Shown here piece by piece: positions 14,741-29,265 of a stretch of 64,000 nt of DNA. A program made the position numbers and the translations under genes. Position 1 is the first letter of the stretch. Each line of letters begins with the position of its first letter. The DNA comes from the human T2T-CHM13v2.0 reference genome, Homo sapiens. The stretch is taken from NCBI RefSeq assembly GCF_009914755.1, contig NC_060942.1. The stretch is one strand, 5' to 3'. The notes under the pieces were generated by a model. The model did no database searches. It was not told the origin of the DNA and saw nothing but the letters and a program-made list of their open reading frames with translations.

Positions 14741-16077
14741 GCCCCAGCCTGGCAGCTTTCCTCCTCCCACCCTGGCTCACAGAAGGCAAACCTTCCTTCC
14801 AGCTTTCCCAAACCTCCCCTCTCAGGACCTCACAGGGTATGAGGGAGAGGTGCCATCATACAGCAACACCCTGGCTCACCCACTGCCCCCTGCCCCTTCC
14901 CACTCTCTGCAATCCACAGGCCCCTAGAGCAGCCCCCTATATGGCCACTGCTTCAAATGCCTTCTGGAAACACAGCCCTGGCAAAACTCTAGGCGGGGTT
15001 CCAAGCTCTACTGTTACCAGCGTCTGGGCCCTACTCTCTCTGCCTCCAATGCCCTCATCACACCCTGGACCAAGGTCAGGGCCTGGGACACCCAGCCTTG
15101 AATCCTGGCACCATCCCAATCTTGCAATGTAACCTTGGGCAAGTCATTTAATCTCTCTGAGACTCAGCTGCTTTATCTGTAAGTTGGATATAACGGCTGG
15201 CTGCTGCCCTTCCAGTCTTAAAGGTTGTCAGAGAGCTCAAATGGAATATGTGTAAAAAGATTTTACAAATTGCTTTACAAATGCAGAGATCTTTAAAGAT
15301 GAAGGGTTGACCCCAGGCACTTTTCTCCTTTCTCCCAAGACACCACTAACATTCCAGAAGAGGAATTAAAAAAGGTACAAGCCCATAGATGAATAGAATG
15401 ACAGGGAAGGGCATCTCAGTAGAAGAGAAATTTCAACAAGTGTATGGAAGTACAAGAGAGTAGCACAAGGACAGGATGACACAGCCCAAGTACCTAGAGC
15501 CAATCTGCACATGGAAAATTCTAAGAGGTGGGTGGAGGATGGGGAGGGAGCATGGCCCTAAAAATGAGAATCAGTTGTGAGTCTGTAAGCAGAACCATCA
15601 AGCCTACACTCCCCCTACCCCACCAAAAACCATGGCAGCCAAATGCTTAATGTCCAGCAGAGGAGGAGGAGAGATGGAATCAGACTATTAGTTCCTCTGT
15701 TAAAAAAAAAAAAAAAAAAAAGGTATCATTTACAGTTAAAAGATCTGGCCGTTCTAGCAACAAAAGGGCCAGGAGCATCATGAACAACTTCAGACACAGA
15801 GCTCCTATCAGTTTTTATTTCAAGGTTAAATATGGATAGATAGCCAAGGGTCACCTGGTCAACCTGAAGTGAGACCAAGATAACCCATCAGATAAAATGA
15901 CCACAAAGACAACTATTGGAGGAACAAAACAGAACTTAAAAATATTCTACTTAGGGTACAAAGAAAGAACTCTTGTGGGGGAGGGGTTCACCAGAAGAGC
16001 TGGAAGATGAAGTCAAGGGATTTTCCCAGTATGTGGAAGCAAAAAGAGGAGAGAAAAAAGATAAAATTAAAAGATAT

Positions 16078-16295
16078 GACCAGCCTGAGCAATGTAACAA
16101 GATCCCATCTCTACAAAAAAATGTTTGAAAAACATCAGCCAGGTGTGGCTGCATGCGCCTATAGTCCCAGCTACTCAGGAGGCTGAGGCGGCAGGATTGC
16201 TTGAGGCCAGGAGTTCAAGGCTGCAGTAAGCTATGATCACACCACTGCACTCCAGCCTGGTTGACAGAGCAAGACCTTGTCTCAACAACAATAAA
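16078..16295 (+). mobile_element. 5'-truncated AluJ
   Basis: J-type gagttcaaggctgcagtaagctatgatc; TSD aaaagatatga. Confidence 0.88.
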
Positions 16296-16620
16296 AAGAT
16301 ATGAGTACTAGAGGTACAATCCAGAAGTATAGGATTATTAGATTAAAGAGAAGAAGTAGAGAGAAATGGAGAAGAAGGAATATAAAAAGATTTGAGAGAA
16401 AGTTGAAGAGTCTGGACACAAACTCCAAATAAAAAGATTCCACATTTCAGAACTGTAAAGATTCCAGAGGAAAAAAAAATGGATACTTCCAAAGAAATAA
16501 AACAACCATTCTCATGCTTCTCATGTATCCCTAGATGCTAAAAGATGGTAGAGAAGGTCTTCAACATCCTAAGGGAAAATGATTTTCACCTAAAATACCA
16601 ACCCACCAGACTAGCAATCA

Positions 16621-17159
16621 AACCAACAACCCCACAACCCACCACACCAACAATCAAACCAACAACCCAACAATCCACCACACCAACAATCAAAACAACC
16701 CAACACACCAGCAATCAAACCAACCCAACAATCCACCACACCAACAATCACAACAATAATCCAATAACTCATCACACCAACAATCAAAACAACAACCCAA
16801 CAACCCACCACACCAACAATCAAAACAACAACCCAACAATCCACAACACCAATCAAACCAACAACCCAACAACCCACCACACCAACAATCAAAACAATCC
16901 AACAACCCAACACACCAACAATCAAATCAACCCAACAATCCACAACACCAATCAAACCAACAACCCAACAACCCACTACAACAACAATCAAAACAATCCC
17001 ACAACTCACCACACCAACAATTAAACCAACGATCCAACAACCCACCACACCAACAATCCAAACAGCAACCCAACAACCCAACACACCAACAATCAAACCA
17101 ACCACCCACCACGCCAACAGTCCAAACAACAATCCAACAACCCGTCACACCAACAATCA
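16621..17159. repeat. C/A-rich minisatellite, about 16 units of 24-36 bp
   Basis: Unit close to aaccaacaacccaacaacccaccacaccaacaatca; only about half a dozen G in 540 bp of the + strand. Confidence 0.93.
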
Positions 17160-17838
17160 GGTAAAAGGGAAGAATCCAGTCATTTAGACACAAAAGGACT
17201 CAAAACCTTACCTCCCACCTGTCACTTCTTGGTATTTACTTGAGAATGGGTGGAAGTAAAAGGAAGAAGTAAACACAAAAGAAGCTATAGGTTCTAAGCA
17301 AAGGTGAATCCAACCTCAGAAGGCAGAGAAAAGAAGCCCCAAAACAACAGCCACATGACCCAGCAAGAGGGCAGCCAGACTGGAGCAAGATGATGAAGAG
17401 AAACCCTAAAGGGAATGCCTGACCGATGGAGAGGCAGGGAAATAGATACAGCTATAATAGAGGAAACAAGGGGAAAAAGATGGCTAGAAGCTCCAGAAAA
17501 AGAAAGAAACATGTACAAGAAAGTTGATGGAGTCCTGGTGCCTCCCTGGCCTTCAGTGAACAATATCTACATCATCCCAATAATGGAAAACACTATTTGT
17601 TATTCTTCAAATTTTAGAGTTAATCTCTAGAAAAAGCTTCAAAAAGGGCTTGGTATGGTTACAAATAGAATACAAATGTTATCGGCCTTGTCATTTTAAA
17701 AGTCAACGCATGGATGACAGAAGCGATAGGCTGGAGGGGGAACTGCAGAGTAGGAATAATTTTAATATCCTTATCTTATACAGTGCAGGATTAAGAGATA
17801 CTGTTGATATTTGGTAGAACAAGAAATCGATTACTTAG

Positions 17839-18256
<418 letters not shown>

Positions 18257-19616
18257 TTTCTCCCTCTTTTCTTTCACAGCCTCCTGTTTGCACCCGGGTC
18301 TCACCCACTCCCTCTGTCCACTTATTCATTTAACACATGAGTACTGAGCTGGCATAGGGCCAGACTCAGAGATGCCGAAGCCTGGGTCCTGGCCCTCCAG
18401 GAACCTCCACCTGGCAGAGGACAGAGACTTGTGAACACTGCAATGGCACAAAAGGGGCTCCCAGTCCAGAGAGTGGGCATTTGCCCAGCTGGCCTTTGCT
18501 CCCAGCCTCTTTCTTGGTCTCAGTACTGGGCTCAGCACAGAGCTCCCAGTGGCAGAAAAATGGGGAAGGGTGACAGGAGACGCTGGCCTGGGGAATTCTC
18601 CAGCATGACCCCCATCTGGGTGTGAGCACAGGCAGCAACTGAAGATTCTTATTTTAAAATAAAGGGGCTCTAGATGACAGGTGTAAATAATTTTAGTAAG
18701 AATTAGTGACAATGAGTTTTCATAACAAATCATCATGGAGTCGTTCTTCATGTATCTGACACTGTCAGGGAGGGAGGCATTTTCCATGTGGGGATTTTCT
18801 GGCTGACTGACTTTTACCACTGATTTCAGCAATTGTGGATCAGAATTGTTCCCAGATGAACCATACACCTCCCTGTCTCCTCAAACAAAACACCAGCTGA
18901 CATTCTGCAGGCCCGAAGGGGCAAAGCACATCCATCAGCCCCTCCATTCACAGATGGACTTTAACCTTTTCCCAAAGACTGAGGGTTGGACCCTCTATGA
19001 GTCCTCCTCATGGCACTGGGCTGGAGCACAGTGAAGCCCCCGGGTCCCAAGATAGTGTCAGAACCACTCAGATCAGAGGCCGGCCTCTGCAGCTCTCTGA
19101 TTTCAGCCCTGGAGGACCTGCTGACCCTCAGCTTGGGGACTCAGGAAAGGAGGCACACACACTCATGCCCCAGGAACAGCCCAGCCTCTCGTTCCCTCTC
19201 AGACTCCCAGGGCTTGGGGTCACAGAGAGGTAACTACTGTAGAAGAGGGAGGGCATGCAAAGCCCAGCTCAGCCAGGGGCCCCAGCTAGGATGGCTGCTC
19301 ACCCTAGGAGCCCAGCCCCTGGGGACAGAGAGGGTGCCCCAAGGCAGAGATGAGAACCAAAGCCAAATGTGGAGAGGCCCAAACACCACCAATGGGAGTC
19401 CATAACAGGGACAAGTGATGGCAAGTGGAATCGATGGAAGGTGACTGTCTCTCATGTTCCTCTCTAAAGAGAGTGCAGAGACCATGGGCTAGTACAGTCA
19501 GACCATGGGGACATATGAGGTTGTCCATGACACTGAACAGTGTTTGTGTTTTGAGCTCAAAACAATGGCCCTGGGTTATTTCTAATCTGGCCCTAAATGG
19601 AAGCTGTGACAGGGGC

Positions 19617-20291
<675 letters not shown>

Positions 20292-20428
20292 GACCTAACA
20301 GCAACATACAGAAAATACATGCATAGAGGGATGGGAAGTTCCCCAGAAGGATGACCCCATTCATAGGATTTCTTAAATCTTCCTGTCCAGACCTTCAAGG
20401 AACCATGAAGAAACTATACATTTTATAA

Positions 20429-20751
<323 letters not shown>

Positions 20752-21671
20752 TCATTTATTCTCTGAAATCTTGAAGGTGTGCTTTCAATCACAGTGCTCT
20801 GGATTTGCACAGTAAAACATGGAAGGGCCTGAAAGCTTTGAATTCTGAGAAGACAGACTCTCTGCTACCAGCTTCTGAACTTGGCTCCAACAGCCATTTT
20901 TGCCACTAAATCAAAACTCCTTGGAGGCATGTTTAAAATACCAACCAGCTCACATGCCCCAGGCCCTGCTTAAAACCATTCCCGTGGCTCTCATGGCCCT
21001 TGGATAAAGGTAAAACCCAAACCTGGGTCTGTATCATGAAGCCCCACATGGTCTGGCCCTACCTGACCCTCTAGCAATGCAGCTTCCGTGTCTTCCCCGC
21101 CGGCATTCGAGCTGCCCCATCCTTCAGAGCCCGGGACACAGCCAGCTCCCTCCTGGCATAGGGCCTTTGTACAGACTGTTCCCTCCACCTGGAGTCCTCC
21201 TGGCCTAGTTAACTCCTGTCACACTTCAGACTGGAGCTCCAGTGTCCCTTCCTCAGAGAAGCGTTGCCTGACATCCTCCCCCTAGTCCCAGCCTGGGTCA
21301 AGTTCCCTGTCACTACCCCAGCTCCTTAGGGTAACTAGCTATTAATGTCTGTCCCCCTCAGTGGCTGTGAGTTCCACAAGGGTGGGCACCACAGTGGTAT
21401 GTGTTCAGCTCAGGGCTCAGTGAAACTGATAGGTGGTGTCTGTATCCCACCTTCTCTGGAGAGGGTACAGAGACCATGGGTTAGTACAGGGGCCATAAAC
21501 AATGCAGCTAATCCCAGCTGGATGCTGGTCTCACCCTTGGAGCTTTCCAGGAACCGCTGAGCTATGGAGTCTGTGCATGACAGTCCAGAAAAGCTGCTGC
21601 TACTAGTTCCAAAAAGGAAAGGAAGGAAGGAAAGAGAGAGACGGGTGCTGACATTTATTGAACACCTATGA

Positions 21672-21968
<297 letters not shown>

Positions 21969-23150
21969 CTGGGCTATCTATTTTCACATGCCTTATTTCG
22001 GCTAGTCTACAGCAACCCTTAAAGGGTAGGTAATAGTGTCCCCATTTTCAAAGGTAAGGAAAGGCTCAGAGAAGTTAAGACATTTGCAGAAAGATTCACA
22101 TATGCCAAGGCCCAGAGTCAGCTTTAGATCTCAGGTCTGCCCACCCCAAAACCCATGCTCTTCCCCTGATGCACACTAGTTGGAATCACATCAGATGGGT
22201 AAAGGAACAACGGTCCCTGCCTGAGGGCCAGGGACCCCAGATGCCCCTGGGGTTATGTCAGGGGACCGATGAGTCCATCTGAGCACCCAACATTGCCTGC
22301 CTCTGAATAAACTATATTTTTTCCACATCCAGATGTAACTGTTTGCAAATAAATACAGATTCTGTCATGACTAATATAGTACCAATTCTTCTAAATGGGT
22401 TTGCTGAATTCATGGCAGTTCTGTGAAGGGCGGAAACCCAGGTGGGCACATGCATGCTAAAATGTTCAGCATTTAATGTGCTTTCCCTCCTGTGGGTTGA
22501 AAAGAGCTATAGGTGATGCATTGTTAAGTGGGGAGTGGGGAGCACAGCTCTTTTACCATTTATGTAAAAAAAAACTTTTTAAATCTCCATACATAGATTC
22601 TTATTCATGCATTGACTCTGCAAGGATACCCAAAGCCACATCGTCACCTCTGGGGAGAACTCGGTGGCTCTTCATTGAATAACCATCTGTACTGCACAAA
22701 TTTTGTATCACCTAAATAATTTAAAAATCCAAACTTTTAATAAAATTAAAACCATCAAAGGTGATAGCAAGAGGGCAACGCTTAACCCTGCGGTGCAACG
22801 TACTGAATTTCAGGCAAAACAGTCCTGTGCCCTCTTCAATTTCTACACAAGAGGAGCCAGTAATGATAATCAGAGACCAGTAATTGAGGCGGGGACTTTA
22901 ACACCGAGTCACCAGAGGTGACCTTGCAAACTTGGCCTTTTGTCATAAAACAGGCACAATCATCACTGTGTTCCAGCCCTCCAGGGCTTTCCGAATGCCA
23001 GTGGCTCTGGGGAAGGAGACCTACTTTTCGCTCTATAGGAACCTACCATGTGTTTCCTGTTTCCTTCCACCCTTGCCCCCACGCACTCACCCCCAACCCC
23101 TGCCCCACCTCCACATGCTCCCTGCACCCACCACAAATGGCCACACTCAC

Positions 23151-23243
23151 ATGGACAGCACCTTCACTTCCAATATTTCGTGCCTCAGCTCCAGGCATCT
23201 TGTGGAGTTATATTCAAAAGGCCCCTCATAAAATTCAAAGTAC
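23151..23243 (-). CDS. ST8SIA5: ST8SIA5 coding exon, 93 nt (R-YFEFYEGPFEYNSTRCLELRHEILEVKVLS-M; stem)
   Basis: Acceptor ttggtccccag|GTACTT, donor CAT|gtgagt; phase 2-2; not annotated as such in the ORF track. Confidence 0.95.
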
Positions 23244-25048
23244 CTGGGGACCAACAGAGACAGGTTAAACAGAGAAGCAGGTCAGGATGTCCAGGGCCTG
23301 CAGGGGCTCTTGTTGCAGGGTGGAGTGTCTGTCCCAGTGAAATAAATAAAGCCAACCAGCCCCATCCCAGCAGATGTCCCATTAGGGGCTTCAGGCAGAC
23401 CATGGGGCCCTCTGGCTTGATCACTGGGTGGTCAGTTACTCTCAGCGCCCCACTCCCTTGGGAGTGTAGGCATTTACAGAGGCATAAACAGATTTCAGCA
23501 CACAGGGAAATTCAGAAGCAGGTTTGGTTCCAAGTTTGTGGCTGGGAAGGAGACGGGAGGAGGAGGGATGCTGTGTGTACTGTGATCAGAGAAAGCAGAG
23601 AGACCAGAGCCATTCTGGCGCAGCACTGGGAGTCCGACAGTGAGCCTTCAGGCCTCCAACTTGCCCTTCCATTCCCTGCCCCTTTCCCACTTGATCCTCG
23701 TGCCTACACTGTGACATAGCTGAGACTGATGGGCCTTTCTCCCCATTTGGCAGCTGACAATACTGAGGCTAATCAGACAGGGCTCCAGGTCATACTGTCC
23801 GTGTAGGGCAGGACCAGGGCTTGGTCTAGGTCTACTTGCAGAACAGAACAAGCCCCTTCCAGCACCAGCTGGCTCCAGGCATGTCACAGCCACCTCAGGG
23901 TCCCTCTGCCAGCTTCATGCAGAATATCAATGCCAATTTCAACCAACACTTACTAAGCCCTTACCATAGGCTAAGCACCAGGCCAAGCATTTGATGTGAA
24001 TGGATGCATTCACTTTTAATCTTTCTAATCAGCCTATGAGGAAATTGACACAAGCATCCTGAACAGGCTCTAGGAATTAACTAAGGTGCCCAGACCCCCG
24101 GAGCTGGAAGGTGGCAGAGCCAAGATGGGAACCTGCATGCTGACTCAAGGCTGCTCTTTCTGCCACTTGGCTATGAGCACGGCTGGTGTCCCCTGGAAAG
24201 GGCCCTCTGGCCTCCTGTGGCAGAGGCCCGGTGAGCCCTCTCCTCACAGCCCCCCTCCTCCTGGCGGTTGTTCAGAGGCAGGGGTGGGTGGAGCTTGGAG
24301 GGTTGGATCCCAGGACAGCCTTAACATCATGAATCCAGAAGCCTGCAGGGCCAAACCACTATAAACATGGGATCAGTGGCCTGGCAACACGTAGTCTGCA
24401 AGAATCAGAGGTGAGAGGGGCTCCCCAGGGCCAAGGATTGGAAATTAGGCATCGCTCAAGCATCTCCCAGAAACCACTACACACAGCAGTGGTCATTTCG
24501 CACGTACCCTTACACACTGGACAAACTTATGTATGTGCTGCTTTAGAAATCTTGAAATATTTTACCCAATATATTGGCTTCTTTTAAAAATATTGGTATT
24601 TTTATTATTATTATCATTGTATTTGTATTGTCATTTTGTCATTAAAATAATACTGTGATACTTTAAAAGTTATGTTTATAAATATTTGTCCTTAATAATT
24701 TTAATATAGTTTTAAGTACTATAATTACATATTTAAATAATTTTACATAATATTTTAAGATATTAAAATATTTTCCACAACAAATTGGTCCCTATTTACA
24801 AAATAAATTGGCTCCTTGTTCTCATGTCATAAAAGAATTTAGACCAAGTTAATAAGAACTAGGTATTGAAGATTCCCAAAATATCAAACACCTTTGTGTC
24901 TTACAGCTCCTTTTCTTTCTCATCTGGCAAACTCAAATGGATTCTTCAGTACCCGGCTCGAGTAACCACACTGCTGGGAAGCCTCCTCTGACCCTGACCC
25001 TGGGCTACCCCTGCTCACTGTCTCTTAGTTAGAGCAAATAACATGGTA

Positions 25049-25132
25049 TTGGGTTGGTGCAAAAGCAATTGCAGTTTTTGCCTTTTTTTTTAAGTAATGG
25101 CAAAAACCACGATTACTTTTGCACCTACATAA
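25049..25132. mobile_element. MADE1 (Hsmar1-derived mariner MITE)
   Basis: ttgggttggtgcaaaagcaattgcagtttttgcc ... ggcaaaaaccacgattacttttgcacctacataa: inverted TIRs flanked by TA on both sides. Confidence 0.92.
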
Positions 25133-25229
25133 TAGTACAATTGTGTGTTTATGTAATTGTGTTCCTTTCCAAACCACGAGCATCTCAAACACAGAGACAG
25201 TGTCTTTGTTATCTCTATATCTTCTGTAC

Positions 25230-25630
25230 TACAGAGGGAGGAAAGCTAAAAATGACATTTCCCAGACTCCTTTGCAGGTAGGGTTCTGGATGCAATTTAG
25301 GTTCAGCCAGTTAGAAGCATTTGCATGAGATGGATTCAGACCTGTTATAGGGGAAGAATGGCAAGGCTCAAGGCATGGTTTTGCTGGTGCAGAATGTGGC
25401 AGAGGTGGCATGGCTCTTGGAAACTGCAGTAGTGGTAACACCTTCATGATTATATCAGAGGCAGCAGCTTTCACGGTGGCCCCATTTCACTGCAATTTGG
25501 GGAGGAATTCTTGGGAGTTCAGCCATTTCTTCAGCTTTCCCCATGAATCTGAGCTAGCTGTGCCCTTAATAAATCCTTTTCTGCTTTAACTAGCTAATGT
25601 AGATTCTGTTATCTGCAAATAAGAACAAGG
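25230..25630 (+). mobile_element. LTR33-like ERVL LTR
   Basis: gaaagctaaaaatgacatttcccagactcctttgcag ... aataaatccttttctgctttaactagct. Confidence 0.65.
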
Positions 25631-26223
25631 GGTCAGCCTAGGGCCACAAAACGAGCCCATGACCTTGGCTCTAACTCACCTAATTTTCCAGTCACACAAC
25701 AGTGAGCTCTGGTGTCCTATCACAAAGATCACTGTTTGTAACATGAGCTGGTGTCAACTAAGCCCTTTGGAATCCACTGAGTCAGGTAAAGTCATGGTCC
25801 TAGGTTGCTGCTAAGAAAAGGTCCAGATTCAAATGATGCAGGAAATCATTAGGTCGAGACTTATCCTAGAGTTATTGGGGAATTGGGGACTTGCAGACAC
25901 ATCTCGGATATGGCTACAAACCAGCTGTGTGACTTTGGGTAAAACTTCCCCTCTCTGCATCTCTTTTTTCTCCTCTTTAAAACAATCTGTTTGAACTAGG
26001 GTAGTACCTCCTCTTCAATCAGCCAGCCCTTCCATTTCCTCCACAAAGGCATTCCTGCCTTGCCTCTTCCTTGGTTCCTCTTTCTCCTGCATCCTCAACA
26101 TCACTCATATACCCAACTAGGCAGCATCATGATTCCAAATGACCTTGTGCCGTGGTTTTGGTGGTGCTTAGGTAGAGAGGCTTTCAGAACTGGGTTCACA
26201 TCCCTCCACCCCTCATTGGCCTC

Positions 26224-26560
26224 TGTATGGTCTGAATGTTTGTGTCTCCTCTACAATTCATATGTTGAGATCCTAACAGGCAAGGTAATGGTATTAGGAG
26301 GTGGGGCCACTGGGAGGTACTGCAGGCAGAGCCCCCATGAATGGGATCATTGCCCTTACAAAAGAGGCCCAAGAGAGACTCCTCTTCCCTTTTACTATGT
26401 AAGGATACAGCAAGGAGATGCTGTTTATGAACCAGGAAGTAGGTCCTCACCTGAAACTTAATCTGCCTTGATCTTGGACTTCTCAGCCTCCAGAACTGTG
26501 AGCAATACATTTCTGTTGTTTATAAGCTAAGTCACTCAGTCTATGGTATTCTGACAGCCA
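26224..26560 (+). mobile_element. MLT1A0-like MaLR LTR
   Basis: tatggtctgaatgtttgtgtc...ttggacttctcagcctccagaactgtgagcaatacatttctgttgtttataagc. Confidence 0.8.
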
Positions 26561-26985
26561 CATTAGGCCTGGCACTTTTCTGCTCCTTTGTTTTCTCAGC
26601 TGCAAATCAGCAAAAACAATGCAGTGCATGTGCGACAGGGTTGAGAAAAAACACTGCTGAGCATTTCATGGAATCCACTGGCACACAGGAACTACCCCAA
26701 AAATGCTCATTCCCCTCTGTCCTCTTTGTCCCGCCACTAAAGAGCACGTGATACCAGTGGATGCCCCAGGAAGTCCCAGGGAGTCAGAGACAGTCTCTGA
26801 TGGTAAGCTGGTTGATGGCAGGCCTGAGTCAGGGATGAACAACTCGAAGTTTCTCACTGTGTGCACTGGTGACATCCTCCTTCTGCTGTGATTAGTAAAC
26901 CTCTCCCCTGTCACCCTGTGGATAAAGCCCACACTAAGTCCTGCTTGGACATGGACCTGCTTGATCACCTCATCTCACTGAGGCT

Positions 26986-27508
26986 CATTAACCATGTGCT
27001 TCTGATGCTTTGACACCTGGGGCCTTGCTGACCCTGGAGGGACTGCCTCTTCTAGGGCTAGCCAATTCCTGGAGATAGTAAAGGACTAGCCTGTGAGTGC
27101 ACCTTTCATTTGCAAACCAATCCAGAGCCCATGCCCCTATCAGGCTCCCATACTCTTGGACACTGGAATAGCTCTTCCCCACTCACCCCAGGGCCAGGTC
27201 CTAGGCAACTAGGGATAACCCCTATGCCCCAGAACCCACTGAAATTACTCAGATCAACCAATCCTAAACCTGCAAACCCTGCCTCACCAGTTCCTTTCCA
27301 TGGAAATCCCAACGACGGCTCTTGCCCACACTTCCCCCTCGCTCCCTCTGCCTCCTTACTGATCTGGGTGCTTCTTCCCATGGTCCTGCAGGGCCTCCTG
27401 TTTCTAGGGATCTGTGAGTATCAAAACCTCTTCCTTCATGACAGTCATTTCCATATTTTCGTGTCTTACCATATCCGATTAAAACAAATCCCAGGCACCC
27501 TGAAAACA
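26986..27508 (+). mobile_element. MER74-like ERVL solo LTR, copy 2
   Basis: cattaaccatg...ctgatgctttgacacctggggccttgctgaccctggagggactgcc...gattaaaacaaatcccagg...aaaaca. Confidence 0.72.
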
Positions 27509-27686
27509 CTCCAGGTAGTACCTTAGCCAAGTCATCAAAACTATTCCATGCCTGAGTCTAAAGCCTCAGTTTTCCCATCTGGAAAATGGAGCTAATAGCC
27601 CTGGCTTCCTTCTCTATCCTACCTGGGCTCTGCTTTTTTGGTCCGTACTGCTCTAGCTCAGTCTGTAGAGATGATTGACTTGAGGT

Positions 27687-28056
27687 TGCTATGGTCTAAA
27701 TGTCTGTATCCCCAATACAAACATTAAGTTTCATGTTTAAACTTAATCCACAATGTGATGGTATTAAGAGGCAGGGCCTTTGGGAGGTAATTAGGTTATG
27801 AGGTCTCTGCCCTCAATGATGGGATTAGGCCCTTATAAAAGAGGCTTCAAACAGCCTTTTGCCTTTCCACCATGTGAGGATGCAGCAAGAAGCTGCCATC
27901 TATGAGGAACGGGCCCTCGCCAGACACCAAATCTTCTGCCACCTTGATCTTGGACTTCCCAGCCCCCAGCACTGTGAGAAATTAATTTCTCCTGTTATAA
28001 TTATAAACGACCCAGTCTAAGCTATTTTGTTATGGCAGCCCAAAAGAACTAAGATA
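27687..28056 (+). mobile_element. MLT1A/MST-like MaLR LTR
   Basis: tgctatggtctaaatgtc start; ttttgttatggcagcccaaaagaactaagata end. Confidence 0.78.
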
Positions 28057-28918
28057 GGAAATAAGATTTTGAGAAGCACTGTCCCATATTCTGCTTCTAA
28101 CAGGACGCTCAAGAACTGCATTTTGGAGGGTGTCATGGAAATTCATGGAAATTCCCATTTGGTCTGGATACAGATATACAGACATCAAAAATGTTGCTTA
28201 AAGTTTTTTTGTCTAATGACATAAGAAGATGCTCACATGACAATGTTGAGTAAAAAAATGCAAGTTACAAAACTATGATCTCCAAAAAGAATTATATATA
28301 CGTATGTGAAAGCATGGGCAAAGGGAAGAATTGTAACACAATATTAATAGGGGTTTCTCAGAATAAATGGGATGATGCGTTATTTTTTTAAATACTTTTC
28401 TGTGTTTTTATAAGTTTTCTGCAATGGGGTTATGATTCTTTTATTATTGGAAATCACTAATAAATTCTTTTTTAAGTCCCAGACCTTCTTCTAACTATCT
28501 CAAGCTTCCCCTTACCCTGTTACAAGATTGAGGGAAGCACTTTCTCCAACCTTCTTAAACTCCACTAGCCTCTCAAGGTGAGTTCGTCACTGTCTCTACT
28601 TTCAATGCTAGAAAGACTATCTTTACCCACATCAAAGGGGAGGGCACCCTGGCACCATGTAGGGCATCTCACAGGTATAAATAGTCCCAGCGGGTGATAT
28701 CAGGAGCCCAACTCCTCTCAAATGCCACTCAGTTTCCAGCAGCCAAATATGATGCTGGTGCCAGGCTGCATCATTCTGCCCCATCTCTCTGCCCTCCACT
28801 AAGTGAGAAGACAAATGCAGAAGGCCAGAAAGAGGTGAACACAGTGGCCCTGGGCATCAGTTCTCCTCTCCCTGCCCAGACTGGGCTCCAGCTCTGTGGG
28901 CTAAGGAGGCCTCCTTTC

Positions 28919-29265
<347 letters not shown>

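Larger units (their letters stand above)
15900..17260 (+). mobile_element. Ancient L1M/HAL1-type ORF1 relic, interrupted by an AluJ and a minisatellite
   Basis: Translation KVFNILRENDFHLKYQPTRLAIK resembles L1 ORF1 NIFKVLKENNFQPRILYPAKLSFK; similarity appears to resume after 17160. Confidence 0.6.

Noticed and set aside
16545-17193. N/T/H-rich and W/C/G/V-rich ORFs as novel low-complexity proteins
   Set aside because: Stop-poor frames follow from the C/A-only repeat; no promoter, splice or homology support
18640-18740. Possible intronic C/D snoRNA (ATGATGA on the minus strand)
   Set aside because: No CTGA box D or terminal stem at a suitable distance
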